Shown here piece after piece: positions 59,535 through 64,000 of a stretch of 64,000 nt of DNA. Origin of the DNA: Methanobacteriota archaeon (lineage in GTDB: Archaea; Thermoplasmatota; Thermoplasmata; SG8-5; JAGLSY01). A program made the translations under genes and the position numbers. The DNA lies in NCBI GenBank assembly GCA_020696385.1, contig JAEHCQ010000005.1, positions 104,311 to 168,310 on the forward strand, in the 5' to 3' direction. The notes beneath the pieces are model-generated. The model did not search any database, was not told the DNA's origin, and saw only the letters and a program-made list of their open reading frames with translations. Position 1 is the first letter of the stretch, and each line of letters begins with the position of its first letter.

Positions 59535-62500
59535 ATGAAAAGATCGATTGCAATAATTTTAGCAATAATAATGACAGCTACTAGTATGATCGCGGCTACG
59601 AACGTAGTCTCTGCGAATACTGGCGATCCTGTTGAACTACCACCTGGCAGTGGATATTGGGAAACTGCCGGAGATTGGTTCGTGGATACGTCAACTTCGT
59701 TTAGCAATGTGGAAATATGGGTTCAGGGAGACCTGACTGTAAATGGGGCCTCTGCCTTATTGACCCTCACCAACTGCCTTATCACCATAGAAGGTGACCT
59801 GATAATTGAGAACGCGGGAACCCTGACACTCAGGGGCACCGAGGTTCGAATATTACAGCCTGGCCTTGTTGATGGTGTGTATAATATCTATGTCAGGACC
59901 GGTGGAGTCTTCACCGCAACAGACATTGACGGTATACCATCCACTGATGATGGCTCACTCATCACTGCCGTAGGCACCACTTATGAATACGATTTCACTG
60001 TAGAGACCAATGCTGGTGCTTTCAGCCTTGTGAACTCCGAGATATCACAGTGTGGATACAATGATGCAAATCCGGGTCTCACCATCGAGATCAATAATGT
60101 CTTGATGAGAGATTCACACATATTTGATTCATACAATGGTACGACCTTCGATGGTGCAACACTCACATCGATATATCTCAAGAACATGAAATATGAAGAT
60201 AATGTCAATGGAGTGGCAGTGCATCATGGTGCTGTTGTCACATTTGATGATTCCTGGTTGCACAGCTCTTCGACCTATGAGGTGGCTGTGATCGATTCAG
60301 ATGTCTATATCTATGACACCACTATAGATTCAGATCATGACTCTGAGAGAGGAATTTGGCTATACAACAATGGAACTGCAAATATCTACAATTCAAGGAT
60401 CATGGATGCCAATGATTACAATATATATGTGCAATATTACTCATACCTGAACATCCAGGACTCGAACGTATTCTCTGCATCAGATGATGGTATATACATC
60501 GACGATTGGTCAGACGCAGATATATCCAATAATGAAATATTCAGCAATACAGATGCGAACATCTATCTGGATGATTTCTCAACTGCCGAGATCTTCAATA
60601 ATGACCTATTCGCAAATGGCAATAGTGACGAAGGTGTTTGGGTAAATGATGGTTCCTATGCCAACATATATAATAATAAGATATGGGACAATGGTGAAGA
60701 AGGTATTCAGGTAGAGGATGCAAATGCATCTATAACGAATAACTGGATATACTCCAATAACTGGGATGGAATTTATCTCAATGATGCTGATGAATGTTAT
60801 ATTGCAGATAATGAGATAATTGAAAATGCCGCAAGCACAACTTATGCTGGTATTCAGGTCGATGGGGGTTCCATGTGGAATGATATAGAGAACAATCTCA
60901 TCCAGGAATCTTACTACTACAATATACGCCTTGAGGGAAATTCCCACAACAACACCTTCTCTGATAACATGATCTATGACATCACAAGTACTGGAAGCAC
61001 ATACGCTGGTGTGTACATTAATGGAGCAGGAACAAGGGACAATACCTTTGATTCCAATGCCATAAATATGAATTATTATGGTATCTATATGATCAATTCT
61101 CCATACAACTACTTTGTCGACAATAACATAGACCTCAATGATTACAGAGGTGTGTATCTGAACAATGCGGATTTCAACCTATTCGAGTACAATACGATCA
61201 CAAGGAGTGGAAATGGTGGAGCCAACCACGGTCTTTACATAGAGCAGACCTCTGGAGACAATGAATTCTATTACAACTCATTATCCAACAGGGTGAATAT
61301 TCTTTGTAACAATGGAACTGTTGTGGACAATACCGAATTCGACTACAACTACTATTCGGATTACACCGGATTCGACACTACAGCTGACTGGATAGGCGAT
61401 ACAGGAGACTATACAATTCCTGGAACAACAATGCATTACGACGCTCACCCACAGACAAAGATCAGCCCCACTGGCGGCAATGCCACTACATATGCAAGTA
61501 TCGGAACCTCATTGAATATCGACACTTCAAGGGACATACACCTGCCTGCTCAAACACCAAATGCAGGAAGCAGGACAATACCACAGGTCGGTATCTGGTA
61601 TGAATACAACCTCTACATGAATGATGATGATAACCCGAATAATGACAATGTCTACTTTCACGGCGATGGCCCAGATAGATCCTTCGTTGATGGATATCAC
61701 GCTGGCAATGTCTTTGAGTTCGAGGATTGCGATTATATCAGATTCGACAGCCTGAGCATTGACAATGGTAGTGGAGACGGTATCTACTGGGAATTCTACG
61801 AGGGCGAAGATGTTCAGATCTGGGATACAGATTATAACCTGAATCCACAGATAGACATCACCAACTGTGAGTTCGAAAGCAGTGGAAGCGACGGTATCGA
61901 GATAGGGGAGTTCGATAATTATGGATTCCAGTACCTGTCAGATACAGGCGACGCATTCCAGCCAGTGAATGTCTTTGACCTATTGGGCAACCAGCACATA
62001 TTCTGGGTAGACCCATGGGATGACAATGGTGCCCAGATATGGTACATGATGACTGATCTGAATGGTAATGTCCTCATTAATGGAACAGCGATCACGCCTT
62101 ACAACAATGATTATGACTTAAAGAGGCCGATCCCACTTGTGGACTCCCAGAACCATATAAATCTAGTATGGAAAGATGACAGGTTCACACACGAATCTAT
62201 TGACACAGCACATGACCTGTTCTTCATGAGATTGAACCCATACCTGGATGACCGTGATGGTAGCCCGGCAAACCCGGATGTGATCAAGGTCGTTTATGAC
62301 ACACAGATAATCACCTTCCCATTGGACGATGATGGATATATCAGCTACGAGAACGAGCTGCAGATGGCCGGAGCGGACATTGACAGCGATGACAATATCC
62401 ATTTGTTCTGGTGTGAAGAGGACATCGAGGATTGGTTATACTACAATAAGATAGACCGAAACGGAAACACCCTCATTGGTCCAAATGAGCTCATATTCTA

Positions 62501-64000
62501 TGACGGCAACACTGCAAATTCCAATGCACGTCCAGACCTGACAGTTGACAATAATGACAACCTGCATTTGGTATGGACTGATGAGTACTTGACTGGCGGT
62601 GACGACAATGACGGAGATGATGAATTATTCTACGCCATGTTGGACAAGTTCGGTAATAAGCTCATTGACAGGACCATGATCTCCAATGATGATGATTATG
62701 TATCTCAGAGAGGTCAGGTAATGGTAGACTCGCAGAACATCGTGCATGTTGTATGGAATGACAATGGAAATGACAATGATGGCCCAGAGGTCATGTACAC
62801 CAAATTCAACCCATACGTGGATGACATGGACGGCGACAGGGCGATGATGGCAAACATGAGGCTGGTCCCGAACAAGTACATATCTGGATATGGTGTCAAC
62901 ACAGACGATGAGAAATCCCGACATCCATATACAGCAATGGACTCCAATGACGAGATCCATGTGGTATGGCATGAAAAGGACAGAGATTATGAAGTGACAT
63001 ATGCCAAACTGGACAATGATGGAAACATTTTGGATCGATTCGACATAACACCGTATGATCTGATCGACGATCCAACATATGGCGATGAACACAAGATAGC
63101 TGTTGATCAGAACAATATGCCACACATTGTCTGGGGAGATGACTCCAACTATGATATCGCGTACTACAACCCATACAATACCATGTACGGTTCCCTTACC
63201 ATGAACATCAATGACTGTAACTTCATTGACCAGACTACAGATGGTATCTACATAGATGAGACATATTTCATTGATCTGAACTTGAACATCAACAATTGTC
63301 TTTTCGAGGACAATGATGATGATGGAATTGAATTGGATTGGATCGTTCAGAGAGAACACGAAACATCTACCATAAACATCCAGAACAGTGTATTCATCGA
63401 TGATGATGTATCAACAGACACTGGTATCTACATCAACAATATCGAAGGTGGAGACGCTGTAGTGAACATAAGGAACAATGAATTCTACGGCGATGATCAG
63501 ATGGATGCCATATACTGGGATTATACCAATGATGATGCAGAAGATGATTCAGCAGATATACCAATTGGCTTTGTGTGGTTGAATGTGGAGGACAATTACT
63601 TCTACGAGTGTGATTATGGTCTGTACATATACGAATTCTACTTCACGGACTACCTCATAAACTTCAACTACAATGTCATGGAATTGATAGATGATGAGGC
63701 CATATATGTTGACTACTTCGAGTCAAGTGCAGGAACCTTCAATATCATAGGAAATGATTTGAATCAAGTGGACGACGGTTTCTACTTTGACTATCCAGCA
63801 TACTTCGATGATGCGCACGATATGGGTTATACCGAGGCCATGATGAGGCCGACATATCTGAACTTCATCGACAATACCATGTTGGGTGTGGAATACTACG
63901 GAATATATGTCTATGAGAACTACTACGCACCATTATATGTGAACATCGACAACTGTCACATCGAAGGAACTGGAGATGATTTCAGTAGTTTCTATGGTAT
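59535..64000 (+). CDS. Giant secreted parallel beta-helix (pectin-lyase/NosD-like) protein with inserted beta-propeller; 3'-truncated (absent from ORF track)
   Basis: ggagg RBS, signal MKRSIAIILAIIMTATSMIAATNVVSA; many GIY/NN.I beta-helix repeats; same frame confirmed at spot checks and no stop reported before the window end. Confidence 0.85.
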   Translation, partial: MKRSIAIILAIIMTATSMIAATNVVSANTGDPVELPPGSGYWETAGDWFVDTSTSFSNVEIWVQGDLTVNGASALLTLTNCLITIEGDLIIENAGTLTLRGTEVRILQPGLVDGVYNIYVRTGGVFTATDIDGIPSTDDGSLITAVGTTYEYDFTVETNAGAFSLVNSEISQCGYNDANPGLTIEINNVLMRDSHIFDSYNGTTFDGATLTSIYLKNMKYEDNVNGVAVHHGAVVTFDDSWLHSSSTYEVAVIDSDVYIYDTTIDSDHDSERGIWLYNNGTANIYNSRIMDANDYNIYVQYYSYLNIQDSNVFSASDDGIYIDDWSDADISNNEIFSNTDANIYLDDFSTAEIFNNDLFANGNSDEGVWVNDGSYANIYNNKIWDNGEEGIQVEDANASITNNWIYSNNWDGIYLNDADECYIADNEIIENAASTTYAGIQVDGGSMWNDIENNLIQESYYYNIRLEGNSHNNTFSDNMIYDITSTGSTYAGVYINGAGTRDNTFDSNAINMNYYGIYMINSPYNYFVDNNIDLNDYRGVYLNNADFNLFEYNTITRSGNGGANHGLYIEQTSGDNEFYYNSLSNRVNILCNNGTVVDNTEFDYNYYSDYTGFDTTADWIGDTGDYTIPGTTMHYDAHPQTKISPTGGNATTYASIGTSLNIDTSRDIHLPAQTPNAGSRTIPQVGIWYEYNLYMNDDDNPNNDNVYFHGDGPDRSFVDGYHAGNVFEFEDCDYIRFDSLSIDNGSGDGIYWEFYEGEDVQIWDTDYNLNPQIDITNCEFESSGSDGIEIGEFDNYGFQYLSDTGDAFQPVNVFDLLGNQHIFWVDPWDDNGAQIWYMMTDLNGNVLINGTAITPYNNDYDLKRPIPLVDSQNHINLVWKDDRFTHESIDTAHDLFFMRLNPYLDDRDGSPANPDVIKVVYDTQIITFPLDDDGYISYENELQMAGADIDSDDNIHLFWCEEDIEDWLYYNKIDRNGNTLIGPNELIFYDGNTANSNARPDLTVDNNDNLHLVWTDEYLTGGDDNDGDDELFYAMLDKFGNKLIDRTMISNDDDYVSQRGQVMVDSQNIVHVVWNDNGNDNDGPEVMYTKFNPYVDDMDGDRAMMANMRLVPNKYISGYGVNTDDEKSRHPYTAMDSNDEIHVVWHEKDRDYEVTYAKLDNDGNILDRFDITPYDLIDDPTYGDEHKIAVDQNNMPHIVWGDDSNYDIAYYNPYNTMYGSLTMNINDCNFIDQTTDGIYIDETYFIDLNLNINNCLFEDNDDDGIELDWIVQREHETSTINIQNSVFIDDDVSTDTGIYINNIEGGDAVVNIRNNEFYGDDQMDAIYWDYTNDDAEDDSADIPIGFVWLNVEDNYFYECDYGLYIYEFYFTDYLINFNYNVMELIDDEAIYVDYFESSAGTFNIIGNDLNQVDDGFYFDYPAYFDDAHDMGYTEAMMRPTYLNFIDNTMLGVEYYGIYVYENYYAPLYVNIDNCHIEGTGDDFSSFYG

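Overview
Archaeal chromosomal segment, most consistent with Thermoplasmatota (archaeal-type LeuRS, Hef, AglB, tetraether-lipid genes; the lineage call is inference). The first ~41 kb is mostly core genes: a Tes-ferredoxin-GGR lipid operon, rlmE, class III nrdD, a 2404-aa AglB, a KaiC-like ATPase, leuS, an unusual citF-ccl-citF cluster, a CPA2/TrkA pair, Hef, surface proteins, a Ski2/HelY helicase, VapBC and ogt. The most notable region is ~41.9-57 kb, an apparent membrane-associated signalling/conflict locus. It contains a TRAFAC GTPase, a HerA-longin/roadblock-like-GAP1-like fusion, an SPFH-zinc-ribbon protein, a PP2C phosphatase and a Ser/Thr kinase-FHA protein with an adaptin-ear-like tail. 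It also contains three single-pass, Gln-rich membrane proteins ending in one Ig-like domain with the invariant C-terminus IKVGGTEIY; a diverged fourth copy of that domain lies inside the kinase. The window ends inside a giant secreted beta-helix/beta-propeller protein. No tRNA, rRNA, CRISPR array or transposase was recognised. All family calls come from motif recognition by eye, not database searches.
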